A DNA stretch of 37,939 nucleotides, from assembly GCA_020536535.1 (NCBI GenBank), contig JAHLWZ010000960.1:1-37939 (forward strand), in the 5' to 3' direction. The stretch is from Pelomyxa schiedti. Taxonomy: Eukaryota > Protista > Evosea. Position 1 is the first letter of the stretch. Every line of letters begins with the position of its first letter. Under the pieces are notes generated by a model, which saw nothing but the letters and a program-made list of their open reading frames with translations, did not search any database and was not told where the DNA came from. Below, piece after piece: positions 1 to 11,418 of the stretch. Made by a program: the position numbers and the translations under genes.

Positions 1-17
1 AGTTAAAGGCTAGAAGA

Positions 18-1427
18 ATGGGGCCACAACTCGGAAACAGAGACTTGGCTGGACGAAAGCAAAAATTTTTGATGAATTGGTGGCACGGATCCGACACAGG
101 GGACGTCTTCACACTTACACCCCACATCGCACTCTCAGCTGAGTCCCAGTTCGTCGCCCTTGCTTGCGCTGTAACACCCCAACAAGTGCGCCGTCAGTCC
201 ATCCGAACCGTCACAATCACAACTACCGTCGCTACTAGTAGGGCACAGTGCATCAGCCGATCCATCGATGTTTATACCCCTGCTAACGGCTGCAACGATG
301 TAAATGTAAAACGAGATTCTGGGCGACGTGTTTCGGCTGTGAGCATGATTGGCCAGTCGTTGATGAGTGAGCTGGGGCGTGAGTGGGTGGTGTGTGAGGC
401 GGTGTGGGAGCTATTCGACGTGGAATGCGGCGACGTTGGGCAGAGGAACAGAAGTGATGAATGGAGGCAGATTGAACGCAGTTATTATGAGCGGCGGCAG
501 GTGCTTGTATCCATGTCGCATACCCTGGGTGTGATTAGCATCAAGTGTCTGGGTGGCATGGGATACGGGCAAGTCCTTGGGAGCACCGGTGAGGGGCAGT
601 TCTTGACATACCGAGCTGGGTCTGCAGGATTGAGGACTACCCATTTTATCCGGGATGGGCCAAGCTGGTATTCTGAGAAGGGCATAACCATTGCTGATCG
701 CAATCAAGTGGCGTGGCAGTGCAACTCGAGGTGGGTGGTAGTGGTCTACTATGGCAGAATGGAAGTCTGGATGGTGTGCAATGGAGAGCCACAACCAGAG
801 TCACGCACAACGATTGTAACAGAACTCCTGGATGGGCAGTGTAAAGCAGCGTTCTCCCCAACAAACAGCAACGTTATTATGTTGTTCTGCTGTGAAGGAG
901 TGGAAGATGATCGAATCTTGCACATCGACCTGGAGAAGACCTGGGAAACTCAGTCACTGGTCACTGCGAGGGTAGCTACAATCCAACGTGGTGCCAAGGG
1001 CATTCTCTTTTCAGACCCTCCCTGGACCTTGCACTTGAATGCCGCTACACATTGCTATTCTCTGGTCAACAGATCCACAAATGAAGTGCACACTTTTCCA
1101 AGTGGGCTCAAAGTGGAAGTAATTACAACCCAGCACGTGTGTGTTTATCAGAATGCAGAAGTACAGGTGAGGAGCAATGTCAAGGTCTATCATGCATCCA
1201 ATCTTGCAACACCATGTTTTGCTTTAGATCCATGGACTCAACTCGGAGCCATCAATCTCATTTGTCGACCACTGTCAAATGTTCTGTTTGTACCACAAAT
1301 CATGCTGCCATCAAGTGAGGGCACAACAACCCCACAACAACAGGTGGCAGTTGTTAACGCCAACACCGGTGCCATAGTTGCCACCTTGGATTTGGTGCCT
1401 AGGCCCAAGGGACTTGATAAGGTTTGA
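18..1427 (+). CDS. Intronless uncharacterised protein, expanded 'SxxSQFVAL...GREWVV...CNSRWVV...IDLEKT' family (copy A); beta-strand-rich, possibly propeller-like
   Basis: 469-codon uninterrupted ORF. Its motifs are colinear with 5357..6634 (SQFVAL/SQFIAF, GREWVVCE/GRGWVVCE, VSMSHTLGV/VSLSYTLGV, CNSRWVV/CNCKWVV, NGEP, IDLEKT/IDIEKS, SDPP/TDPP, NANTGAIVATL/DPNSGVLVATL). The true start could be 18 or a downstream ATG. Confidence 0.75.
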   Translation: MGPQLGNRDLAGRKQKFLMNWWHGSDTGDVFTLTPHIALSAESQFVALACAVTPQQVRRQSIRTVTITTTVATSRAQCISRSIDVYTPANGCNDVNVKRDSGRRVSAVSMIGQSLMSELGREWVVCEAVWELFDVECGDVGQRNRSDEWRQIERSYYERRQVLVSMSHTLGVISIKCLGGMGYGQVLGSTGEGQFLTYRAGSAGLRTTHFIRDGPSWYSEKGITIADRNQVAWQCNSRWVVVVYYGRMEVWMVCNGEPQPESRTTIVTELLDGQCKAAFSPTNSNVIMLFCCEGVEDDRILHIDLEKTWETQSLVTARVATIQRGAKGILFSDPPWTLHLNAATHCYSLVNRSTNEVHTFPSGLKVEVITTQHVCVYQNAEVQVRSNVKVYHASNLATPCFALDPWTQLGAINLICRPLSNVLFVPQIMLPSSEGTTTPQQQVAVVNANTGAIVATLDLVPRPKGLDKV

Positions 1428-1715
1428 AAATACTTATTTAAAAAAAAAGGAATGACAGTACGAACGCGTCTGTACTCCCCGTCAGTGTGTGCCCNNNNNN
1501 NNNNNNNNNNNNNNNNNNNNNNNNNNNNNNNNNNNNNNNNNNNNNNNNNNNNNNNNNNNNNNNNNNNNNNNNNNNNNNNNNNNNNNNNNNNNNNATAGTT
1601 GCCACCTTGGATTTGGTGCCTAGGCCCAAGGGACTTGATAAGGTTTGAAAATACTTATTTAAAAAAAAAGGAATGACAGTACGAACGCGTCTGTACTCCC
1701 CGTCAGTGTGTGCCC
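1374..1715. repeat. 121-bp exact direct duplication flanking the gap (1374..1494 = 1595..1715), probably an unmerged contig overlap
   Basis: ATAGTTGCCACC...GTGTGTGCCC is identical immediately before and after the N run. Confidence 0.9.
1495..1594. other. Scaffold gap (100 N)
   Basis: Run of exactly 100 N. Confidence 0.99.
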
Positions 1716-1836
1716 ACAATTCTGAGTGTGCCAGGCCACCTTGACATTTGAAAAAAGAAAAACGGTCCCGCACCGCGGCTGACCGATTCGACGAACACAC
1801 ACCCAATCAAACAACAACAAGCCCAAACAACAATCG

Positions 1837-4800
1837 ATGTCAGATCAGCGCGAGGCCATGCGTGCTGCGTGCGTGCGTGGTGACATGCCCCGGTTGCCGC
1901 CACCCACCTGGGACATCAACACCCCCGTCGACACTGCTCTTGGTTGGACCATGCTTCACACGGCGTGCTATTGCGGGCACCAGTCGCTTGTTGTGAAGCT
2001 CCTTGCCGTGGGTGCATCACGCAGCCCCCCGATCGACCCGAATACAACCGACGGCGATGGTCGAACGCCACTGTGTCTCGCTGCTTATAAAGGCATGGAG
2101 AAAGTAGTGAGGACGTTGGTGGCAAGATCCGATGTGGATGTGAACAAGGCGTGCCCACTGGCCATTGCATGTAGGTATGCCAAAATGAGTGTGGTGGTGG
2201 CTCTGCTCGAGTGCCCACGTGTGGACGTGAACTTGGTGCATCCGACAACGGGACACCAGCCTCTTGTCGGTGAAACAGCACTGCACGTGGCTTGTGAATA
2301 TAGATTCCGGGAAGGGGTGAAAGTTTTGCTACAAGTCAATGGAATCGACACACAATGCAAAAACCACAAAGGTGAAACACCACTTGATGTTGCAACAAGA
2401 AGGAACTGCCCTGATATATGCAACCTCTTGACGAATAACACCACCAGACCGCAATCCTCAAAGCCCACCACCATCAACACACCAAAAACCATCAACGAAG
2501 TTGGCAGAATCACAGAGAACAAGAGGCTTGGAGATTCATTGACGGAAATGAATGAGAGGGTGTTGATTCTCGAAGGGAAGCTGCAAGAAAAGGAGAAGAG
2601 GATCCAGATACTTGAGGCGGAGAACTATGCTCTCAAAGCATGTCTCAAGGTATTGTTCTCTATTCTCCCCACCCCCAGCCTTCAACTGAAGGCAAAATTT
2701 CTGTTTAAACTTAAACTTTGCCTTTTGGAAAACACAACAAAAAAACAGAGGGCAGAAAAAAATGTGTTGGACATGCAAATAGCAAAGAACAAGGGTTTTA
2801 AAACATTCTCCTTGAACAAGAATTCAATAAATTGAATAAAGTAATTCCAAATCATTCCCCAACCTTTTTTCCAAACAAGAGCACATGGAACTGGAGGCAC
2901 ACATCACAACATTGGAAGAAGAAAGTGCAAACAACCTCAAGACCTTTTGTGAAGAAAGAGAATTTGAACAACAAAGATTTCATGATCTCCAACACTGTAT
3001 GTGAACAACAAACCACACATAATAACACTATGAAGACACGAATCATGTGATGTCACATGTGGAACAACGAGAAGGCATGTGGTGCAACATTCTCCCTGAA
3101 AACAGCAACAATAACAACTGCAAGCAATCACAAATCAGGATTGTGTTTGGGGATCTCCCCTCTTTTGATGAGTCTGTGTGTGTTTTCTGTCCTCTTCAAA
3201 TGGTATGCCTCTGTTCCTCTCTTGAAAATCCTCCCCACTTTCGTTGCTTGTGATGTTTCTGCCCAGTTGGTGTGAAAACAAACAAACGAACAGGTTGTGA
3301 AGATCATAATCTCCAGGAAGTTTGGAGTCGAACCAACTCAACAAGTCATTTTCATTATTGGCCCAAGAAACAACGACTCTGAGGAACTGTTAATGGATTC
3401 ATCCAGAACCTTGGATGACATTCAGAAACAACAACAAGGCAACAGCAGCCCAAATGGAGTTATTGTTCAAATCAAGGTGCAAATGAAGTCAACTGCGTCA
3501 ATCCAAGAGAAAGACCTGAAAGTTGTTTCCTCACTTGGAGTTGGATCGTATGGAACCGTTTTCAAGTGCATCTTCCTTCACAACGCAGCCACATACTCCT
3601 CATCATCAGAAACAGCACCAACATTCGTGGCAGTGAAAGCGCTTCACGAAATCATCAGATCAGAGTCCAACGACGCACGATTTCAGCAGGAAGCTCTGGT
3701 GTGAGAGTGCCCTCGGTAATTCAAACAATTTATCAACACTCACACAGATTTCGGCGAGTTTGAGGCACCCAAACATTGTGAGATGCCTTGGAACATGCAT
3801 CACGAGCACAGGGTCACTCTGGATCATCTCTGAACTCATGGAAATGAGCCTCAGGCAGCTCCTTCAACGTGTTTGTTTTTTTGCTCCTCGCTTTTTTTTT
3901 TTGTTGGACTCTAATTGTAAATGATACATTCCCGCAATCAGAAAGATTTGACATTCATGGAAGTTGTGGCAGTTTCTTCAGGAATTGCCAAAGGAATGGC
4001 TGCACTTCACAGGTTTCATAATGTAACCGTAAAAATAAAAAACCATACTACCACAGAAGGAACTTCATGCACCGGGACCTGAGCAGCAACAATGTTCTCC
4101 TGGATTCTAATGGAACTCCAAAAATCACCGACTTTGGTACTTTTTACAACCACACATGCATCGCTCCACTCACAAACCAACTGAAAATGTAGGAGTGTCT
4201 AGAGCCATCCAGGGCCAAATCGGCTGTGGGAGTAAACCAGCCCCGATTGGGAGTTTTACAAATGGGGCTGGAACACCGATTTACTTGCCACCACAGATGT
4301 ACACTAGGCACTACGGAATTCAAGGTGTGGATGGTGTTAATATCACTCAACATTAATTCCGCGCCACACACAAATATAATTCAAAAGGAGATATGTGGGA
4401 GTTTGCAGTTTTGTTGAGCGAACTTCTTCTACGCGAAGTACCATCGGTGACGATGCCAAAGTCCAGTGCACAAGTGGCAGAATTTATGAGGCTCAAGAGA
4501 GCATCACTCTCACCTCAAGAAATTACCGGTTTGTCGTTACCAACAACACAAAAGCGTTCTCTGACCCACAGGCACCTCTATACAGAAGTCGACCGGCTTT
4601 GCGATGACATTGGGGACATTCCCATTGCAGAGTGCCTCGGCCGGAAGATCACAATCATTTCCGCGTTGCATTCTGAGCCCAAGATGAACAACGTGCACCG
4701 TGCGTGCGTTGGTCTGTTCTCTCTCATTGTTGAGTCCTGCCTCTCGATCCTCGGTTCGTTTTTCTTTTCCCATTCGGTCACACTCACCCACTGAGCCCAT

Positions 4801-5029
4801 AGAAATGGACCGGCCGTCATTCCCGACAATTGACAAAGTGTTGATGACATGTGCCGAGATCGTGTTCACGAATTCCAGACCGAGCCCAACAACAACAACG
4901 ACAAGCACCACAACAACAAGTGACAGCGACGTGATCGGGCACATCACCAGGTGCCTCGCGAACATCGCTGCAACATCATTCCCAGACCGCAATCACACAG
5001 AACCAACAAGTGCCATGTCTTCCTCTTGA
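1837..5029 (+). CDS. Multi-exon ankyrin-repeat / coiled-coil / ubiquitin-like / TKL-type protein kinase
   Basis: Ankyrin motifs (WTMLHTACYCG, RTPLCLAAYKG, ETALHVAC, GETPLDVA), coiled coils (LQEKEKRIQILEAEN; EHMELEAHITTLEEES), a UBL-like stretch (IRIVF...VVKIIISRKFGVEPTQQVIF), and kinase motifs GVGSYG, VAVK, LRHPNIV, HRDLSSNN, DFG, GTPIYLPPQ, GDMWEF, DRPSF. Frame-preserving GT-AG introns were found at 2795-2879, 2997-3035, 3203-3293, 3699-3747 and 4754-4802, plus others between about 3870 and 4390. Confidence 0.85.
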
Positions 5030-5356
5030 ATTGAAGTGATCCCATGTTGCGTGTTTTTACCTCCTCTCTTCCTTAATGAATAATATTGCAACATAACAAA
5101 CAAAAAATCTGGTCTGTTAATTATTTTATGCAGCCATTTGACTTGTACATTGCATGTCAAGAGGAAGACGTGGCACTTGTTGGTTCTGTGTGATTGCAGT
5201 CCCATGTACTTTCTGAAAGCAAATAAGTTTTTTCTTTTGCCTTAACTCGAAACCAACGACAGGGAGGAGGCCCTCCATGATGTGGCCACAGTGGAGTGGA
5301 ACAAATTTTGGCCTTGGTCACTTTTCTGTTTGGACTTTATTTTCCATGTAATTTTT

Positions 5357-6634
5357 TCACTGCAGTGACAAAGTGGCCACCAATACACCTGAATTGGGAT
5401 CAATGAGACCAACAACAAGTCGATGTTGTCTGCTTCTGTTTGTTGTCTTGTTACTGCTGCCTCCATCTTGCCTGGAGACCAGGGGGCCAATTCGTGGAGC
5501 CCAGAGCCCACTTGGTGTATGCTGATTCACGAGGTTGGGGAGAATGACTTGAATGGTGGTGTCCAGCAAGAAGCAGGGCACAGTAAGGCTGCTGGAAGGG
5601 CTGTACACAGTCACCTTATTCCACGTAATATTTTCCTCGTGCACGGGCTGGGACACACAGAGGTGCTCATCGGTGATAATTTCCACCCAATCATCAGGTT
5701 GAAAATTGTGCACTTCACCTGTTGCTGAATTAACAACATAGTTGGAGTTCTTGAAGGGGTGGAAGCAGACGGGAAATGGTGGGTCTGTGAGCAAGACACC
5801 CCGGTTTGGAGCAGGATCGAGTACAACGTCCCTCACAATGGCCAGTGACTTGGACACACAGCTCTTCTCAATGTCGATGAACCACACGTGATGCGGCGGT
5901 GAAAGTTCCCTGCAGTCCACCACCAGTATGTTCCAATTCTTCTTGGAGAACACAGCAGTACTGACGAACTTGGCTGGGGTGTCACTCGGAAAGCTTGTGT
6001 GTGGCTCTTGCTGTGGTTCCCCATTTATCACCCTCCACACGTCCATTCTCAGGTGACCAAAGACCACAACCCACTTGCAGTTGCAGTACCCCCACTTCAC
6101 ACGATTCTCAAAATCAGACCACATCAAGCTCCTCTCACTTGTCCCATTCCAGGGCGACGTGATGCTTATCTGGGTCTGGCCCGAAGCCGTCTTTGTCAAG
6201 AACCTCCCCTGGCCAATACTTCCCAGGACTGTCCTGAAAGAAGGACAAGCCACGCACTTTATCCTCACCACACCGAGCGTGTATGACAGTGACACAAACA
6301 CCTGGTTCTTGACTGACTTGGCCTCATCGACCTCATCAAAGTCATTTGCAACCACATTTAGGCCCTCCCACCTGCTCTCGCACACAACCCACCCACGCCC
6401 AAACTCTCCCATCATTGACCAACTCATCATCGTCGCAGCCGGCATAAATATAAAATTATCATTGCCAGAGGTGCCAGTACGATTGGAGACCACAAGGGCC
6501 GAGGCGAATGCGATGAACTGGGACTTTGCGGACAAAACTACTTGTGGGACCAGAGTGACTCCGTTGTAGTCGTCGTTGTCAGGGCGGCTCAACTCCACCT
6601 TGCGTCGTTTCGGTGCCACGTTCGCGAACTGCAT
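5357..6634 (-). CDS. Intronless uncharacterised protein, same family as 18..1427 (copy B), with N-terminal NLS-like PKRRKV
   Basis: 425-codon ORF with colinear motif match to 18..1427. Confidence 0.8.
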   Translation of the reverse strand: MQFANVAPKRRKVELSRPDNDDYNGVTLVPQVVLSAKSQFIAFASALVVSNRTGTSGNDNFIFMPAATMMSWSMMGEFGRGWVVCESRWEGLNVVANDFDEVDEAKSVKNQVFVSLSYTLGVVRIKCVACPSFRTVLGSIGQGRFLTKTASGQTQISITSPWNGTSERSLMWSDFENRVKWGYCNCKWVVVFGHLRMDVWRVINGEPQQEPHTSFPSDTPAKFVSTAVFSKKNWNILVVDCRELSPPHHVWFIDIEKSCVSKSLAIVRDVVLDPAPNRGVLLTDPPFPVCFHPFKNSNYVVNSATGEVHNFQPDDWVEIITDEHLCVSQPVHEENITWNKVTVYSPSSSLTVPCFLLDTTIQVILPNLVNQHTPSGLWAPRIGPLVSRQDGGSSNKTTNRSRQHRLVVGLIDPNSGVLVATLSLQ

Positions 6635-6761
6635 CCGGGAGAATAATAATTAACCCCTCAGTAGCGTTTGCCGACGATAATAAATTCTGCCTGAAAGAGA
6701 AATATTTTTTTTTTGATGATTCCCCTAACCACACTGTACTGTGCGCTCTAAGTTGTTATGT

Positions 6762-8814
6762 TCACGATGAAAGGGCTGCCAACCACTTGGATTTAACTGC
6801 GTCAGAGGAGCAAAGGAACACGAGGGGGGTATCAGGGGTAGTAGCCCGAGTTATGAGCCTGCTGATGTGATGTGGTTGTTGCTGAGGTGATGGAGGTGGC
6901 GGTGTTGGCGGAGGTGTTGCGGGTGCCGGGGGCATCACGGAGGCAATAGCAATAGCACCATCACAGATGAGAGGGTGGGGATGGCGAGGTGTGCCCGGTG
7001 CATGTGGAATTTCACTCGGGTGTGCTTGCAGTTGTTGGTCCGGTGTGGAATTCCTGAGAGGGAATCGGGGTGATGATGGTGACAGCGACGGGGATGGGGA
7101 TGGTGAGGGCGATTGGGATTGGCGTTGTATGTTGAGTGCGGAGGGTTCCGGTGAAATTCTAACTTGGAAGCTCAGGGTTCCGGGTGTGTCCGTGACTTGG
7201 ATGCGGATTTTCTCTGATGATAGGAGGTCCCGCTTTGTTTGCAGAACTATCTTCTTGGGCATAACGCACAGGAAGTGGCTCTGCGTGACAGCGAGGTATG
7301 CTTCCTTTGGTTCGGCTAGGTTGCTTGTTTGAAGAGCGATTGTGCCGTCCATGAGAAGAGGGGGCATGCAGTTGACGGTTTGTGGAAGGCTCGGCGGCAT
7401 GAGCACACTGGAAACGAGCTTGTAGTTGGACTTGTCAACCATATCCGCTATCCTTTTCACCACTTCTGAACTCTTCACAAAGGCATTGGCCCTGGTATTC
7501 AGGAACTGCAGAGCCGTTAGAGCTGCAGAAAGAGAACAGTATCTGTCACAGGATGCGCTGGCAGGGTTTTTAGGGGGTTCCGGCAGCACTTCAAGGAGAG
7601 ATTTGAGCATCAAGGGGTACTTTGTCAGTCTTTGCAAAGGTTTTACAAGAAATGCCTGATTATTATTAGTGGGATGGAATCGGTGAGGGAAATCAAAAAA
7701 CCTGGAGTTGCAGCTTTCTGCATTCGGGTCTGCTACAAATTTCTTGCAAGACTTTGGAGAATTTGGGCTTGGACTGAATTTTCTCCAGTGTATGCTGACT
7801 CTGCCGTTGGCGTGAGACGACAAATTTCCGTGTGTGAGGATGCACATTGGCAATACCGTGCTTTGTCCGCATAGATATTGCGTGTACTCCCTTGTCATAT
7901 CTTGTTTTACACTAAGGAAAGCCTCCCCAATTGGCGGAATGAAATTCTGGTTTTCTTTGACTTCCTGAAAAGATTTTTTCAGTTGGGCAAGCAGTTTGCT
8001 GCAAATCGATTAAAAATTTGTGAAAAATTTGCGGGAGGGAGCTTTGCCTGTTAACCCGAACAAGTGATGTAATGTTGCAGAAAAGGCCTTGGAAGTGCTT
8101 TGGTTTCAAAATCTTCTCAAGCGGTTCAACAAAACATGTACAAATTATGTAGAGATCTGCAATGTAGCTATCCTTCAACAAGGATTAATTTTTTTGTTGA
8201 AGCATAAAAGAAAAAGAAAGTCAAATAAGAACCTCTGTCAAGAAGAGCTCTTCAATAATCTTGAATCTTTTAAATGCCCTCTGCATTGTTTCGCGAATTA
8301 GAATTGTTGTATTGGAGTGAAGAAAACATAGCATAATAAGCATTTAGTAAAGTACACAAACCTCATCAATTCTGTGGCCAGTGCCAGAAGCCGATATCAG
8401 GGCTCCTTCTCCGGCAGTTCTCCTTGAATTCAGTGTTCTCCACCAAATCCACGTAACCACAGCTGCCGTTATTACACACACTACAATTAAGCACAGCAAG
8501 GAACCATAGCCACCCACTCTCCGGCACGCTGCTCCTTCAACATCCGCACTCCCATAAGTACCATCGCCGGTCCCCCGGACTGACAAACACCAAATAGTGT
8601 CGCACCATCCCCAGATCTCACCCGTGTGCGACATCGTTCCCCGGCGGTTGGTGTTTCCGCACGAGGTGGTGAAAACGAGGGACATCAACCGCCGGACGAT
8701 GTGCGTTACAACCAGCCCCGCCGCCACAGCCGCCGTGGCCAATACTACGACCCGGCGGGCACCTCCCCTCATCGCGCCGTTGGGGTGGGGGCCAGCAGTC
8801 CCATTACTACTCAT
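6762..8814 (-). CDS. Dbl-family RhoGEF (DH-PH) with two predicted N-terminal transmembrane helices
   Basis: The spliced reading gives the DH hallmarks KRFKIIEELFLTEDSYIADL, FVEPL..LF.NI, IGEAFL, PECRKLQLQAFLVKPLQRLTKYPLML. PH-like elements follow (EAYLAVTQSHFLCV ... LVFLCSSDAVKSKWLAAL). Intron 8281-8361 joins the hydrophobic 8362..8814 exon in frame. The 5' end is uncertain. Confidence 0.8.
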
Positions 8815-9195
8815 GCCCACACACCAGTCACACTCTCCGCAGACTTACTTATTGCAACAATGGGGAATTCAGCGAACAAAACAAGGACGAATCAATGCGT
8901 TGCACTGCACGTTGCTTGTTGGAGAGGAGTGGCTCTCTTTTGGCAGCCAAAACGCCAGCCACAAGTCCTTCTTTCCTTCTTCTTGCTTGCACCTTCGCCA
9001 CCCGCCCTTGTCCGTCTTGGACGCAGCCTCCACGAGGACGCCGTTCACGTCGCACAACAACAACAATAACAACAACCACGGTGGCGACGTGGTTGGGCCT
9101 GCGGAGGCCTGCCGAAGGAGAGGTGCGGGCACCACCGCCGCCGAGATCGACGGCCTCCTGCCTGATCGGGACGGGATCTAGCCGCCAGCTTGTTT

Positions 9196-11100
9196 TTACT
9201 GTGGGATCTGCCTTAAATTATGATGGATGATGGTGATGGACAGTGAGAACAGCTGTGTGGAACCGCGGGAATTGCCGATGAATGCCATAACCTCCGGCGG
9301 AATGGTTCCGAGGTTTCCCCATGTGTTGCCGGTGGGTGTGAGGATTGCGATGATGTTGCCGCTGCGGCCTTGGTTGTCTGGAACACATTGCTGCGCCATT
9401 CCGAAGTCGATAAGTGTGAGCCGGTTGGTTTGCGGGTCAACAACGATGTTATCTTCCTTGATGTCTCTGCTTTCGAGGTTAGAATCCAGGATGGAAATGA
9501 AAAAGCGGCACACCTGTGGACAATCAAATTTGACCCAAGGTTGGTTGACTGCGGAAAGAGCTTGGTGGAATGCATTCAGAGTGAGCGGAACCTGCTGTTG
9601 TGGGGGCAAGGAGGGCACGAACGAACGCGGGGAACCGGACAAGCAAACTCCTCCACACGGCATGCTACGCCGTATGAGCAGGTTCCAAGGAGTTCTTTTG
9701 CAGCAAACTGAGAGATTCCGCCCGGGATCAGCGATGTCATTGTGCTGATTGTTTGCGGTGAGATTCAAGTTGGTGAGAAAAAGAACCCCAAACCTTGAAT
9801 TGCTCCGACTCCTCCTCCCAATTCTTCTGGGCGGTTCTCAATTTCTGATTGACATTCTCAACCTCTGCAAGGCGGCCCTGGAGAAAGTTGTTCTCATCAA
9901 GCAACTGTGCCCCAGAGATGAGTGAATTTGTTATGCGGAGACATCATTTGGTTATTAATTAACATTAATATTTATTATTGGGAATGTGATGCTCATGTTC
10001 TTAATTTTTGGGAGCAAATAACCTTTTGGAAGTGCGCCTTGACGGTTTTCACAACTGTTTCAATTTCCTTGTCTTCACTTTGGTTTGTAAAGGAGCCGCC
10101 GGTAAGGGCATCACCAGACAGAACTCTGCCCTGAGCAGGGAAAGCACTTGGGTGAAGTTGAAACTTGGTTGTGGTTGCAGTTGCAGTTGCATTTGAAATT
10201 GTGGTGGCATTTGAAGTGGTTGTTGCATTGGTGGGAAAGAAGTCTCGCCTTTTGAATTCTTCATGCCGTGTTTTTGAAAAAAAAAAAGAATTGTGAAGGT
10301 GTTACCTCAATATTCAGATTGATGTCCTTACAACTCAGCAGAAGTTTTACAATGGCGAAATGTCCCTTTCATATGCAAAGGTGTCTGGGGAAAAAAAAAC
10401 AATGTATTATATTAGTAAAGCGCACATCTCCCTATTTCATTTGTTCCCAGCACCAGATGATGAGAAAGTGATGATAAAGACAATGGAAAACCGGACATAC
10501 TATCTGAGAAGAGAGATTAATCGGCATAGCAGGGGTGGAGATAATACTTTCTGAGAAATGAAATAGTTTCCATGCACCACAATCAAACAGGGGGGTAAAA
10601 AAGGTGAGATGAAGCATCAAAGGGGAAGGTTGTGTTACCCACGGTGCACTTCCAATGCAAAAAGGAAGACCCTCAGCCTGGAAAAGGAGAGGACATCAGA
10701 AGGAGAAGATACACATAAACCGATATACGTACCGGAATATTCACAACAGGCCCGCTTTGCACAGGTCGACCAACGCACGAAGTGGATCCACGCAAGGCCG
10801 CCGAGTGCAAAGCTGTCTTTTTGTACGTTTTGGGTTGGGTCCGGTTGAGTTGGTGCATACATAGCCCCGTGGTTGAGAATTTACATCGGCTCCATTTCGC
10901 AACAGCCTGTTTAGTGTCGCCGCATCGCCGCCATATGCAGATCAATCAAAGGCTGCCCGGGACCATACTCACGGCAAGCATTTTTAAAGAAAAATAGATG
11001 GGTTGTTGATGCTCTGGGGTTTGGACTTTCACTGAAAGTGAGTTTGTCTGCTGTCCTGCCACTACTGCAGCAGTGATACAGCCGTGGATTGGCAGCAAAC
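9196..11100 (-). pseudogene. Decayed ankyrin / coiled-coil / protein kinase gene (PINK1-like C-lobe fragment)
   Basis: Ankyrin remnants SAYGGDAATLNRLLRNGADVN and TALHSAALRGSTSCV are preceded by an in-frame TGA (10944..10942). A coiled coil (LAEVENVNQKLRTAQKNWEEE), Gly-loop-like LLGTCSYGVACRV, spliced HRDIKEDNIVVD, LIDFG and WGNLGTIPPE follow. Subdomains II-V look absent and the frame stops soon after subdomain VIII. The 5' boundary is approximate. Confidence 0.6.
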
Positions 11101-11163
11101 AAGTTGGTTCTTTTCCTAACCCCCGAAAAAACGGCCAAACAAAGATCATAACAAAAAAATAAA

Positions 11164-11371
11164 ATGGGAAACCACGAAAGCGCAACCACATCGACGTCGG
11201 ACCTTGTCGATGGCAGCGAGGAGTTTCAGAGGTCGATTAGGGAGCGTGACGCTTTCTTCGCGAGGTTGGGGCGGTCGGCCACAGTCGACAACGTGCAAAA
11301 CACAGCCAAGGGTAGCGTGGTCGTGGCACCAAACTTCAGGCTCGTGAGAGTCATCTCACAAGCGCGCGACG

Positions 11372-11418
<47 letters not shown>

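Noticed and set aside
1374-1715. Direct repeat of the gene 3' end on both sides of the N gap, suggesting a tandem duplication or TSD
   Set aside because: An exact 121-bp identity abutting a round 100-N gap is typical of an unmerged contig overlap; the 1438..1806 ORF across it is an artefact.
10942-10944. In-frame TGA in an ankyrin repeat, suggesting TGA recoding (Trp/Sec)
   Set aside because: TGA terminates intact genes in this window (1427, 5029, 6762, 25936), and the locus has other signs of decay.
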